This document shows, piece by piece, positions 22,551 to 34,953 of a stretch of 64,000 bases of DNA. The position numbers were made by a program, and so were the translations under genes. The stretch is from positions 3,846,001 through 3,910,000 of the forward strand of contig NC_087438.1 of the NCBI RefSeq assembly GCF_036321535.1. Direction: 5' to 3'. Position 1 is the first letter of the stretch. Each line of letters starts with the position of its first letter. Origin of the DNA: Camelus dromedarius (lineage: Eukaryota). The notes under the pieces are model-generated. The model was not told where the DNA came from and made no database searches. It saw nothing but the letters and a program-made list of their open reading frames with translations.

Positions 22551-25500
22551 ACAAAATCCAAGACTGGACACATTGAAGAGAGTAGGAGGAACAGTTTCAC
22601 TCCATCCACATCACCCCTCCTTCAAGGCAGCAGCCTGGGGTCAAGAGAGGCCTCCTGGGCCCACGATGTCTCCCATGTGAAAAGTGGGTGTGTGAGGAAG
22701 TGCCTGGCTTCCCCGTCCGAGTGGGACACTGCCCACTTCTTTCCCATCCCCTCCAGAATACTGAGCTATGCTGCACAGCTTGCCCATGGGGGCGGCTGTG
22801 AGAACAGCAGCCTGGGCTCTGGATGGCATCAGAGGGATGCAGACCCTACTAACCACTCTGCAGGCTTCATCAGAAAGCCCACACATGAGCCTCTGGGGAC
22901 CGTTCATCTGCACATTCCCCCAGCTGGCCTGTAGACACCCCCAGGCTCTGTGTGCCTCGCCCACGCTTACCCTTACCCCACGGCTGGCTCCCTGTGTGTG
23001 CCCCTGATGACGGTGAGAGCGAGCCTTTGCAGGTGGCTCATAGGCGCCTACAGAAACCAGCCTGAATCTGTAGAATCTGTAGAAAACACACAAACTTGAA
23101 CATTCTACACTGCCCTAAAGAAAGCAGATAGGAGGCTGTCAGCACCAAGCAGCCTGGCTCTGCTGGATAGAGAGAAGGTGTCCAATCTTAAGAACCTCCC
23201 CCAAGTGAAAACAAAAAGTACAGAGGAGGTGTTTCCATAGAGAGGCTCTAAGAAAGCCTCAGAGTCCCTAGCAGGGCTAACAGAAGGTGTTTCTTTCTGG
23301 AGCCCATCAGTAAAGAATGGGGAAGGTGATTATTTTTTCAAATGTGAAGACAACACAAGACTTAAAGGAACATAAAAAAATCAAGGAAAATTGACACCAC
23401 CAATGAATACAATAATTTTCCAGTAATAGACTCCAAAGAAATGGAGATTTTCCTGAAGCTAAACCCAGTTAAGGATACTACAAGAAAATAAAACTATAGG
23501 CCAATATCCCTAATAAATGTAGATAGTAGCAGGCAAAATTCAATAGCATGTTACAATACGAATCACACACTATGATCAATTGGGAATCCCCCTTGGTACG
23601 CAAAGATGGTTCAACATATTCAAATCAACAAATGTGATTCACCCCATTAATAGAATAAAAGACAAAAATCATATGATCATCTGGTGGATAGATGCAGAAA
23701 AAGTATTTGACAAAATCCAACATTCATTCATAATAAAATTTCAACATATTGGATACAGAAGGAATATACCTCAACATAATAAAGACTTCATATGACAAGC
23801 CTACAGATAATTCATACTTAATTATGAAAGTCTGAAAGATTTTTCTCTATGGTCAAGATCAAGACCTGGATGCCCACTCTCATCACACTTATGCAACATA
23901 GTCCTAGAAGTCCTTACAGAATAATTAGTCAAGAAAAATAAGTAAGAGCCATCTAAATCAGAAAATAAGAAGTGAAATTTTCTCTGTTTATAAATCACAT
24001 TATCTTATATATGGAAAATGCTAAAGGACTCCATCAAAAAACAAAACTAATAAACTAATTCAGTAAAGTTGTAGGACACAAAATCAACATACAAAATTGG
24101 TCATGTTTCTATACACTAACAGTAAACTCTCTGAAAAAGAAATACAGAGGAAAAATCTCATTTACAGTAGTATCAAAAACAATAAAATATATAGGAATAA
24201 ATTTTACCAAAGAGGTGAAAGATCTGTACATTGAAAACTGTAAGAAATTGATGAAAGAAATGGAAGAAGGCACAAATAAATGGAAAGATAGCCCATGTTC
24301 ATGGATTGGAAGAATTAATGTTATAAAAATGTCTACATTACCCAAAGCCATCTATGAATTCAATGCAATCCTTGTCAAAATTCTAATGGCATTATTCTCA
24401 GGAAACGGAACAAACAGCACCAAAATTTGTATAGAACAACAAAAGACTGAATAGGAAAGCAATCCTGAGAAAGAAGGACAAAGCTGGGGATGGTGTACTC
24501 CCTGATTTAAAACTATACTACAAAGCTGTAGGAATTAAAACAGATTAGTACTGGCATAAAAACAGACATAGACCAATGGAACAGAACTGAGTTCCTCAGA
24601 AATAAACCTACACATATATGGTCAACTAATATTTGACAAGGAAGCCAAGAATACTCAATGGAGAAATGATAGCCTTTTCAATATATGATATTGAGAAAAC
24701 CATATATTCACATGTAAAACAATGAAACTGAACCACTATCTTATATCCTTCACAAAATTTTCCTTGAACTAGATTAAAGACAAATATAAGGCCCAAAACC
24801 TTAAAATTCCTAGATTAAAACACATGGAAAAATCTCCTGGACATGGTCTTGACAATGATTTTTTGGATATGATTCCAAAAGCATGAGCAACAAAAGAAAA
24901 AATAAACAAATGGGACTATGTCAAACTAAAAAATCCTCTACATGGCTAGAGAAACAATCAGTAAAATGATAAGACAACCTATGAGATGGGAGGAAATATT
25001 TGCAAGCCATATGTCTGATAAGAGGTTAATATCCAAAATATATTATACTCATACAACTCAAAAGCAAAAAGGCAAATAATCTAATCAGAAATGAACAAAG
25101 GACATGAGCAGAAAATTTTCCAAAGAGGACATACAACTGGCCAGCAGAAATATCAGAGACGCTTAACAGTATCATTCACCAGGGAAATGCAAACCAAAAC
25201 CACAGCAAGATATCGCTCCACACCTGTTAGAAAGATCATTATGACAAGAAATAACAAGTGCTGGTGAGAATGCAGAGGGAAGGGAACCCTTGGGCACTGC
25301 TGATAAACATGTAAATTGCTGCAGCCACTGTGGAAAACAGTATGGAGGGTCCTCAAAAAATTAAAAATAGAACTTCCATATGATTCAGCAGCCCTACTTC
25401 TAGGTATATATCCAAACGACATGAAATCTCTATCTTTAAGAGATACCTGTACCCCCATCTACATTGCAGCATTATTCACAAAGCTGAGGCATGGAAACAA

Positions 25501-26094
25501 CCTAAATGTCCATTGACAGATGAATGAATGAAGAAAATGTATAATATTAATACAATGGAATATTATTCAGCCATAAAAAGACAATTCCATCATCTGTGAC
25601 AACATGAATGGACCTTGAAGGCTTTAAGCTAAGTGAAGTAAGTCAGACAGAGAAAGACAGATACTATGTGATGTCACTTACATGTGGAATCTAAAAAAGG
25701 TGAACTCATAGAAACAAGAGTAGTTTGGTGATTGCAAGGGCCTGGGGGCTGGGGGGTGATGGGAAGATGTTGGTCATAGGGTACAAACTTCCAATTATAA
25801 GATGAGTAAGTCCCAGGCATCTAATACATAGCGTGGTGACTATAGCTAACAATTTAGTATACCTGAAAGTTGCTAGGAGAGTAGATCTTAAATGTTCTTA
25901 TCACCACTCCCCCCAAAAAATGTTTATATTGGGTAATATAATTAAACTTATGTTGTATAAGATGTGTTAACTGACCTTATTGTGATAATAAATCCACAAT
26001 ATATACATGCATCAAATCATCACATTATACACCTTAGACTTACACAATGTTATATGTCAATTATATTTCAATCAAGTTGGAAAAAAAAAAAAAA
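22391..26094 (+). mobile_element. L1 (L1M3-type 5'UTR, L1MA9-like 3' end) with a large internal deletion
   Basis: 5'UTR 'gtgcttttgtggaagtccagcagagaagttccagcacac', ORF1 start region (~23340-23450), then RT/C-terminal ORF2 remnants ([96 protein letters not shown]), 3'UTR and poly(A). Confidence 0.93.
22517..22552. repeat. (AC)n microsatellite within the L1 5'UTR
   Basis: Direct read. Confidence 0.9.
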
Positions 26095-27159
26095 GAATGC
26101 TTCAGCTGTGTGAGGATGGCTTTCTCCACTTAAGGATGGGCTTTCCCAAGTGAGGCTGAAGGTCTTGTCTTTCCCAAACCAGCCTCTTTAGTCGGACTCA
26201 GAACCATTAGTTTAAATATGAGTCCCTGAGTCAGAGCCTGGTTCCTCAAACTGTGGCTTATTCTACTCCAGAAAGAATGAGTTTGGTGTCTTTAAAATAA
26301 GCTCGGGAGAGCCCCACGCCTCTGGCATTTCAGACTGAAGCTTGTGTTATCATTTGGAGGCCATCAGAGCCCTGCATTAGACGGGCATCAGTAAGAAGCG
26401 ATGCAGGGATCAGCAACGTGGGGTCATAAGCTCCTCAGTTTCCACCAAACACGGTGCACCCCTTGACATGAACCAGACTTATCACATGGGAAGACCATTC
26501 CAAGTGCCGTTTCAAGGCCGGGTCTCAGCACCACCTTTCACGTTCTCTCCACACAGGACCCAAATTTCCCCTCAGATGGAATTGATTTGGGATGACAGTT
26601 TCATGAGCTCTGCTCTGTTCAGTTTGAGCGGCAGCTACACCCGACCAGCACAACATCGCTGGTGGTGCTGTTCTCCTGTGGTACAGGATCCTGCACATGT
26701 GTGACAGGAAGCTCTTCTCTTGACTGACCCCACCATCCAGATGTATACAGTGTCCCAAAGAAGCAGGCTGTGGCCGCGTCAGCACCAATTGCTTACTTTT
26801 GCCCCAACAGCTCTTATATTATGCAAAAAAAAAAAAAAAAAGCACAACTTCTCACTCTGACCCCTAATCTGCTAATATGTCCTGCGAACATGTGCAAAGA
26901 CCAGCTCTCCTCACTCAAGTGGGAAAACATGAAGGGTAGAAGCAGTAGATCAACCATATTATTACCTTCAGCTTTTCATAGGTTGTTTTTGAATTTAATT
27001 TTGGAACGCTGTTTAAAACAGTGAAGGCACTGAAAGCATTTTAGACTGCTTTCATGATTAGCACCCTTGCAGCCAGCTTCTATTCTGCAAAACCTAGGTG
27101 TCTATCATCTCATATACTTGCAAATAAACCGAACTAAAAACAGAGGGAAAATACTAAAC

Positions 27160-27310
27160 CTTGGACCATGTAGCTTGGGGCAAATTCCATCTCTTAAGAC
27201 CTTGAGTCCCTAACTACCAAAATGAGACACGGACAGTACCTGCTGCCTACAGTTCCTGCGGGGGGTAAATAAGCCATCATCCACTGGCTGGTCCACGCAA
27301 AGCATGCCAC
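27160..27310 (+). mobile_element. MIR fragment
   Basis: 'cttggggcaaattcc...ctcttaagaccttgagtccctaactaccaaaatgagacacggacagtacctgc' resembles the MIR core. Confidence 0.5.
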
Positions 27311-28370
27311 TGTTTTAATGAAAATGTACATTCAGGTGATGACATTTTCACTAAAAATTTTTATCTGTAAATGCCGAAGCCTTGCCTTCAGAGTTGTTCT
27401 TTCACACATAATTTTTACCATCTTTCATTTAGGTGGAAAAATAACTCATTATAGTCTGTTCTATCAGTGAGATTGACATCCTTAGAAGCATGGTTTTGAG
27501 GCATCTGTAGTTGTTTTCTTCCATTTCTCTTCCTTCCAACTTAAAATTTAAAATTTTTAAAAATTCAAAAAAATACACACATAAGTACATACATATGCAT
27601 CTATGTAGAAATAAACTGAATATAGATCATATATCATACATGTGTGTATGTCTCCCTCATCTCTGCCTTTATAGATATGTGTACACACACATAGAATGTA
27701 TATAAGAACATGTATGTGATAAGAGAAACCTGCGAATTACATGTTAGGTAATCCCAAGACCAAAATAACAAAATGAAACCCAAGAAAACACCAAGAAAGT
27801 GAAATTCCCCAGCTTCTACTTCCCAGTGGGAGTCTCATCTAGTTTTCCCGTGAAACGATCCTGCAGATTTGAAAACTAAGTAACAGCCTCTCCCTGCCTG
27901 AGATCCTCTATTCTGGGAAGCTTGGAAATAAACTGAAAGTGAACTCCCAATTTTATAAAGCAAAACTTTCAAAGCATTGCCTAGTCAAAGCCTTGAAAAT
28001 TAAAGTGCATTTTAAGTAACCTAGTGGAATGTCTAAGGTAAAAGAAATAGCACCTGAAATGCAAGTAACCCCTTTAGTGTGCAGAGACGTGGGCTCTGCG
28101 TGCTGGCTCCGTCCCCCCCGGGGGCCCAGCAGGGCAGGGGATGGGGCTGGGGTGGAGGCGCTCAGACCTTCTTCAAGAACCTGCCGCTGGGAGACCACAA
28201 AGGGAGCAGAGTTGGCAAACAGCCCTGGTTCCCACCCTATGGATCCAGCCTGGGCTGCTCCCAGCCAGAGACTGAGTGTGGTCGGGGTGCAAGGAAGAGC
28301 CCACCCCTGTCCGCATGGGACTTCTCCAACATTACACCTGCTCAGCTTGTCACTATGTGCTGAATCAGGA

Positions 28371-28379
28371 GTGTGTGTG

Positions 28380-28411
<32 letters not shown>
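28371..28411. repeat. (GT)n microsatellite
   Basis: Direct read, with one interruption. Confidence 0.95.
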
Positions 28412-28581
28412 AGATACTGGCTTCTCTCACAGGACTCATTGTTTTTTAACATGCTCCTACCCAAACCCTTCTGGTATAGATAATCTTTTCTTTCAGAAAA
28501 ATGTGTGGAAATAAATCATACAAGGCAGGTGATTACTTGCATGAGGGTGGGGCTTCACTGTAGGGTTTCTAGAGGACTTTT

Positions 28582-29330
28582 TGCAGAGGCAAGACTTCTA
28601 AGGCATCTCCTCATCCCCTGCAGAAATGTAGTTATGCCCCCGAGTCCAGGTGAGACCTGTGACTACCTTCTCAACAAGCAAACACGGCAAAGGCCACTTC
28701 TGGGATTCTGTCATGTTGCCTAAAACAGCCTTAGCAGGCTGGCTCTGGACAAGCTCCTTTGCTGACTGAGGAGGTAAGCGGCTGTGCTGCCAAGAGCTGA
28801 GGGCGAACTCTAGCTGACTGCCAGTAAGAAGCCAGAGCCCTCAATCCCACAGCCTCAAGGAGTGGATTCTGCCCACACCCTGGGGAGCCTGGAAGTGGAC
28901 CCTTCCCCAGCTGAGCCTCTAGATGAGAACTCACCTCTGGCCAACACTTCACAGCCTTGTGACCATCAGCAGAGGACACAGTCAGTGGGCTGTGCCCTGA
29001 CTCCTGACCACAGAAACTGTGGATGATACATTACTGCTGAATGAATGCCGTAGTGTGCACTTTAAATCACATGAAGAAGATAAACCTCATTAAATTTTCT
29101 TACCCCCCCCCCAAAAAAGAAAACCACAAAAGAACACAAGAACGTGCCCTGGATGTGGTAGAAATCATGGGTGTATGTGTGTCTCCAGACTCACCAAGAT
29201 GTGCACATTAAACACATGTACAAGTTTTTGTGTATCAGTTAAATCTCAATCAAAGAAAATTTTAAAATATTATTGTCTTCAGCTGTTGAGGTTGCAGCAA
29301 TTTGTTACCCAGAAACGGGTAACTGATACG
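28582..29330 (+). mobile_element. MLT1E-like LTR interrupted by an L1 3' end
   Basis: 'ggaagtggacccttccccagctgagcctctagatgagaac...ctcctgaccacagaaactgtgg', then the insert, then 'attgtcttcagctgttgaggttgcagcaatttgttacccag...aactgatac'. Confidence 0.85.
29030..29266 (+). mobile_element. L1MB/L1MA10-like 3' end nested in MLT1
   Basis: 'atcatgggtgtatgtgtgtctccagactcaccaagatgtgcacattaaacacatgtacaagtttttgtgtatcagttaaatctcaat'. Confidence 0.75.
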
Positions 29331-30680
29331 CACACACGGATGAAGGCTTAGTGGGAGTTAGTTGTTACTCCGGCGTACCCGTTACGCTTGGGTAGAGATT
29401 AGTTTAAGAGCTGGGCCCTATTAGAATGTGCTGACAGGGACAAATCCTTTTGACAATGGTCCATGGGCCCCAGGCATTTCACCGTCAGACCAGTGCCAGC
29501 CTTCCTGTCCTTCAGGTGTGGACAGGAAAATGGGGATGTGGTCACAGCGTCCTGCCCGTCTTGGGCAGTTAGGAATGGATCTCACCGAGGCTCGAATCAT
29601 GCATCTTGAAGTGCGAGATGAAGATGATCTCAAGGCACTTACTGAGGCAACAGCTATTCTGTGTGGACTTCTCTGCACAAAGTTGTAATTCATCTATTTT
29701 ATAGTCTTTACAGTTTCATAGCATAGTTTAGAAGAACGTAGGCTCTTTTATAGTAAAGTGCCAGCATGTTTCCATCTCAGGAGCATTGAAATCCATGTGC
29801 AAGAACCAAATAGACATTACTTCCTAATTAGGCAGGATTCCAGGTGTCCCATGCCGACTTCCTCACGTGCTCTTTAAAGAGATGGGGTCAACTAGGGGTC
29901 TGTCTCTCCTAATGTCTTAGCTGTGATGGCACAAGGCACAATTTGCTCCGGGGTGGGAGGTGTGAGGACGGCCAATGACCTCTTCGCTCGTCTTCTGTGA
30001 TTACATCTGAGGAGTGTCTGGGATTTTTTTCCCTACAGGTGAAGGATGGAGGAGCATTTTGATAGCCCATCTCCTGTACTATTGGATTTGTTTTCTTCTC
30101 CAAGGATGTAACTCAGCTGTAACAAGATGCAGAAGTGAGGCAAACAATATTTTCTGCACCAGAATTCACTTTCCAAGAAACTTCCTAAAATATAATTGTT
30201 TAAATGAGATGCTCTTTTACATTAACTGCAAGTTTTCACTATCATGTCAATCGGATCAGTCCTCAAAGCTGGAGCGGGGAGTCCCACTGCCCAGGGAGGC
30301 AGGTGGTCCTCCTGACAGAGGACCTCCTTCTATAGGTAAGGTCTGCCCTGCGTTCTGTTGCCTGTTCCCGCCGTGGGGGCAAATGTGCTATCTGTCCTGG
30401 AAGGAGTCTTGCTGGGAAAGCAGGCTCCCACTCACTGATCCTTACACAGGGGTGACTCTGACAGCACCCCGTTTGTTCCCAGAGCCAGGTGCCATGTGGT
30501 TTTATGACAGCAAGGTCCCCTTGTGTAAGATGAATAAGAATATACGTTCTGATCATAACATGTCTTCAAACTGCAAAAGTTCTTTGAATGGAAGAATTCA
30601 CCCATGCTCAAAAAATCATAGACTTTCCCTACTTGGTTCTTATCTCTTAGTTCAAACTGGGAGGTTTAAAAAAATCCCTT

Positions 30681-31042
30681 TAAAAAAACCATATGATATC
30701 ACTTATATGGGAAATCTAAAAGAAAAAAAAGACACAAATGAACTTATTTGCAAAACAGAAACAGACCCACAGACATAGAAAACAAACTTACGATTACTGG
30801 AGGGGAAGGGAAGTGGGAAGGGGTAAGCTGGGAGTTTGAGATTTTCAGATACTAACTACTATATATGAAATAAAGAACAAGGTTCTATTGTACAGCACAG
30901 GGAACTATATTCAATATATTATAGTAACCTATCATGAAAAAGAATATGAAAAGGAATATATGCATGTTTATGCATGACTGAAACATTATGCTATACACCA
31001 GAATTTGACACAACACTGTAAACTGACTATACTTCAATTTTT
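30681..31042 (+). mobile_element. Young 5'-truncated L1 (camelid-like) with TSD
   Basis: L1 3'UTR flanked by a perfect AAAAAAATCCCTT at 30668-30680 and 31043-31055, at a TT/AAAA endonuclease site. Confidence 0.95.
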
Positions 31043-31779
31043 AAAAAAATCCCTTGTATGTCACATTTTTTTAAAAGTGATTTCACTGGACATTTCTCAT
31101 TTGCTCCAGGAGTCTGACTTTTATAAGCTGTGTCAACAAGCTTCCTTGCCCTCCGCCTCCCCATTTGTCTTCATCCAAGGAAGATCACTGGTCGCTCCAG
31201 AGGGAGGGGCAGGATGGGGTCAGGGTGTTTACTCCTGGCACCTCGACACACACATGGGCTGTCACGGGCTGTCTGACTCACCACTGTTGGTCCCAGCTTT
31301 TGCCAGTGTCCCTCTCCACTCGGTCTCTCTACCCCAGGTTCCTGACTCCTGTGCCCCGACCGCTTAGAACCAGGCACTGAGCCATTCGGAGCTCTCTGCT
31401 TCCTGCCCACATCTCTGGAACGAAGCACTCCTCCACCTCCCCGTTGGAGTGTGCCATCTATTTTCGCAAGGACCTCCACCTGTGCACCACCTGTGATCAC
31501 ACAAGATGCTGACAAAACCCAGGAGGGAAGAAGGCCATTCATGCTTTTCTCTGACAGAAAGAAGTCGAGGTGTGGAGGGCGGGACCAGCTCGCCCACGAC
31601 CAGAGAGCTCTTTGCTGACAGAGGCTGGCGGGAGACGGAGGTCCCTCCCCTCCCCAGAGCTCTTTCTTCTCAGTGCATCTCTGCTTTCAGTTTTAAACCA
31701 GAGCTGGAAGTTGGCTTCATCATGCACTCATTTAAGAGAAAATTGGATGCCAAGAATGTTCTTATATTTTTTACTTATG

Positions 31780-32150
31780 TTTATTCTCTTATTATAAAGC
31801 ACCTCGGGCTCATTGACAAAGGGCACAGCATTAATTTAAAATTAACAGATAGCGCCATGGAAATTGGAAGTCTGGGTTATAGCCCGCGTGATTAATTGTT
31901 CTAGTCCTGACCAGAATAAAAGGCTATGCTAATGAGACTAGCTGGCACACTCCCCGTCACGTTCCTGTTAGCCAGGCGCCGCTAATAATGCCCCTCCTGA
32001 GCGACTCGAGGCCGCCCGCTTCACACCCCGGCTTCACGCTTCAGGGGGTTCGGAGCTCCAGGGCGGCACTGCGGCGTCTGGATGTGCCGGTCCAGCACCT
32101 GGGCCAGGTGACAGGTGCACCGCCTGCGTCCGGTGCCTCTTTGTCTGCTG
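31780..32150. promoter_or_regulatory. Candidate enhancer (homeodomain/POU motif cluster next to a CpG-rich stretch)
   Basis: Apparently repeat-free, with several TAAT/ATTA cores, ATGCTAATGAGAC at 31926-31938 and retained CpGs at 31955-32135. Confidence 0.4.
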
Positions 32151-32476
32151 GGCTCTTATCATCCATGAGCTGCCCTGAGAAGTGGAGGTGGTGTTTCCCA
32201 CCCACATTTCAGGTGTCCTTTTACAAGCAGACTCTGATTTAGGTGACCAGCTCAAAATAGAGAAGCTATCTGAATTTAACACATGAAGTCATAAAGCTGC
32301 AGCGCAGCTGAGGAATCAATGAAACGATTGTTACTCTTGGCCTACGCACCAGTCCCCATGCTGTGAAGATAACGAGGAATAAGACCTTTGTTCTCTCAAG
32401 TTCAGGCCAGCGAGGGAGACGAGCATCCAAGGACACCTGCCGGATATCACCACGATCATCAGCTGTGAAACTAGAA

Positions 32477-32710
32477 GCCGGTGCTGTGTGAGCAGAAGTG
32501 GGGAGAGTGGGCGCACCTGTCTTGCTCCAGGTTTTAGTGGAAGGCTTTCAACTTCTCACCTTTGAGTGTTGTGCTGGCTGCGGGTCTGTCATAAACAGCT
32601 TTTATTATCTTGAGATGTGTACGTATACGTATGATGGAAGCATTATGCTGTACACCAGAAATTGACACAACATTGCCAACTGACTATACTTCAATAAAAA
32701 AATATTAAAA
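32477..32710. mobile_element. 5'-inverted (twin-primed) short L1
   Basis: ~32485-32617 is antisense L1 ORF2 RT sequence ('agaagtggggagagtgggc...aaggctttcaacttctcacc...ataaacagcttttattatcttgagat'). 32618-32710 is a sense L1 3' end with poly(A). AAACTAGAA flanks both sides (32468-32476, 32711-32719). Confidence 0.85.
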
Positions 32711-32919
32711 AAACTAGAAACTTCTGTGTGCAGATGGACCCCTCTTACTAAACCTCAGCTGACAGGCATTACCATTGCTCAGCACTGATGTGGTTGGAAA
32801 CCTTTACCTTCTCCTACCTGTCCTTGGACCGCCAGGGTCTCAGGCACTTCCTCATGACTGAGTGAGCCAAACCCTCCCACCTATTGGTTTTAGCCTGATC
32901 ATTGCCACTTCTCACAGCC

Positions 32920-33345
32920 CTGTGCATTCTTACTGCCTTTATGCTTCCAGCGCCACAGTTGCCAGGATTCAGTTAGGGATTAAGAATATTAGGATGAACA
33001 AAAGAGAAAAGCATGGCTCATTCCTGGGATGTTCTGGGCTGAGGGATGCTGGGTGCACATGCCCTGAGGCAGGGAGCACTGGGCTGAACTGCATAAGGAA
33101 GACCTGCTCTGCCTGCTGGGGCGGTAAGCAGGTGAGAGGGACAACTTCAGAGAAGTCGGCAGGGCGGGCTCTGCGGGCCAAGCCAGGGATGGAATGATGA
33201 TATGATTTGCTTTTTGAAGCACCTACAGGCTGTTGAAGAACGTGCCTGGGAGATGCCGAAAGTGGTTGCCAGGAGACCAGGTAATTGATGAGGTGAGGAC
33301 TGGGTCAGGAGGAGACCAAGGCTGAGATGGTGCAGGAGGGAGGAA
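32920..33345 (-). mobile_element. L2 fragment
   Basis: 'aggatgaacaaaagagaaaagcatggc...', 'gatgatatgatttgctttttgaagc...gccaggagaccaggtaa' resemble antisense L2. Confidence 0.5.
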
Positions 33346-34953
33346 GGTGAGGGAGTCCTGGCCAGGACTTCCGATGCCAGCCATTGTTTAATGCCCGGAT
33401 GCATTTTTTTCTGGTTCAAATAGAGGTGTTGTCCATGCCTCCAATGATGGTTTCCATGGCGACTCTCCGGCCTTGCTCTTCCAGATCAGCAATAAATGCA
33501 TGGAGAAGGACCCTGGGCTGGGTGCCTCTTCATCAGGAAAAAGCTCCCCAGGTAGTTAAAACAAGGAATTGTGCAAGTTATTTACACCTCTCCCTCCTGA
33601 GGAAGGCAGGGAGAGACTTGTAAAATCTCCTTAAACTTTAGCCCAGCCGGAAGACCCGAGTACAAGTCTTTTCTCTACCCCAGTCTGCGTCTGGGCACAG
33701 GAGTCATCCTACTAGTATCTTTTGCTGAACATTTAAGTTCTTCCTCCCACAAGCTTAGCATTAGGTGAGCAGTAGTGCTAAGCTATTCCTTCAGGAGGAC
33801 CACGTGGGTGTCAGCCAATCCAGCTCTCAGCCACCCTCCCAAAGCTTCAAACACAGCTCTTGATATTTAGGTTTTTATCTTCCATCTCATGAATCTTAGA
33901 ATTGATGAGGACCTGCACTTTTATTTTCAGTCCAATTCCTGTTCTGTAATTATGTTGCAAATAACAACCATTTTGTCTGTTGTTTTAACTCTTCCCAGAT
34001 GCTATTCTCTGAGTGTACATCATGATGTATGTTGTGAGCTGTTCAGATGTGCTTTAGGAAAAAGAAAACATGTGACCGTGCACTGACAGGCTGCATTTCT
34101 TGGAGGAGCCTCGTGTCTGCAGGACCAACTGGGAGGCAGTGGCAGGAATTCAGAGAGAAAAGCGGCACCTGGGGATGGCAGTGCAGGGTCTGGGGCAGGA
34201 TCCTTCATTGGACTTGGTGGTTCATTGGAGGTGGGGATAGAGGAGAAGGCAGACGTGAGGATAACTCCCACCAAAGACCGATGTCAAAGCCGTGAGGTTA
34301 GAGGTAGGAGGTGCAACTAGATTTAGTGTGTTGTGCTGGGGGCCTCTATAAACAGGGCTGGGCCGGGACACAGGTGGAGAGGGATCAGCTAACCTCACAC
34401 CTTGGACACACTTCCCTGAGGGAAGGGGAGCAGGAGCAGAGGGGTGAGGGCAGAACCCTGGAGAAAGGCTCCACTTACGGACTAGCAGAGGAAGAAGACA
34501 CCAAGAGGGCGGTGGAAAAGGGCAGCCCGAAGGCTGGGGAGTCGAGGAGGGTGTACATCGCACCCAAAACCCGCGTCCACCCTTCTGCACCTCCTCCGAG
34601 CTGGGAGGCTGCCTGGGACCGATTACACTTATCGGCGCCTGTGCCTTTAACTCCAGGTAGAGTCCGGCCAGCGGTTGGCACAGGCCAGAGACAAGAGGTG
34701 CTAAGGCTGGAACATGATGACCGTGCTTTGCCGCTTGCTTCCTGGTGTTGCCAGTACCTGGGGCCTGGCCACCTCTTAATGTTTTCCCTGGGCCCTGTGC
34801 ATAATCTTTTTGTAGACTCTTCATTAAACACTCATCAGTTAAGCTGTTTTAAGATCAATATATTTTCCCAGCTTGGACCCCGAGTGATGCAATGCTCCCA
34901 GTTTGCACCAGGTCAAGGAGGTCACAAGACTGGGACTAAAATGTGCTCTTTGA

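Noticed and set aside
29428..29688. Protein-like 86-aa ORF (...MDLTEARIMHLEVRDEDDLKALTEATAILCGLLCTKL) with a weak acceptor near 29515
   Set aside because: I do not recognise it, no partner exons are evident, and it is too short to support without a tBLASTn or conservation test.
30014..30778. 254-aa ORF
   Set aside because: GTG start, runs into an L1 3' end, no domain similarity.
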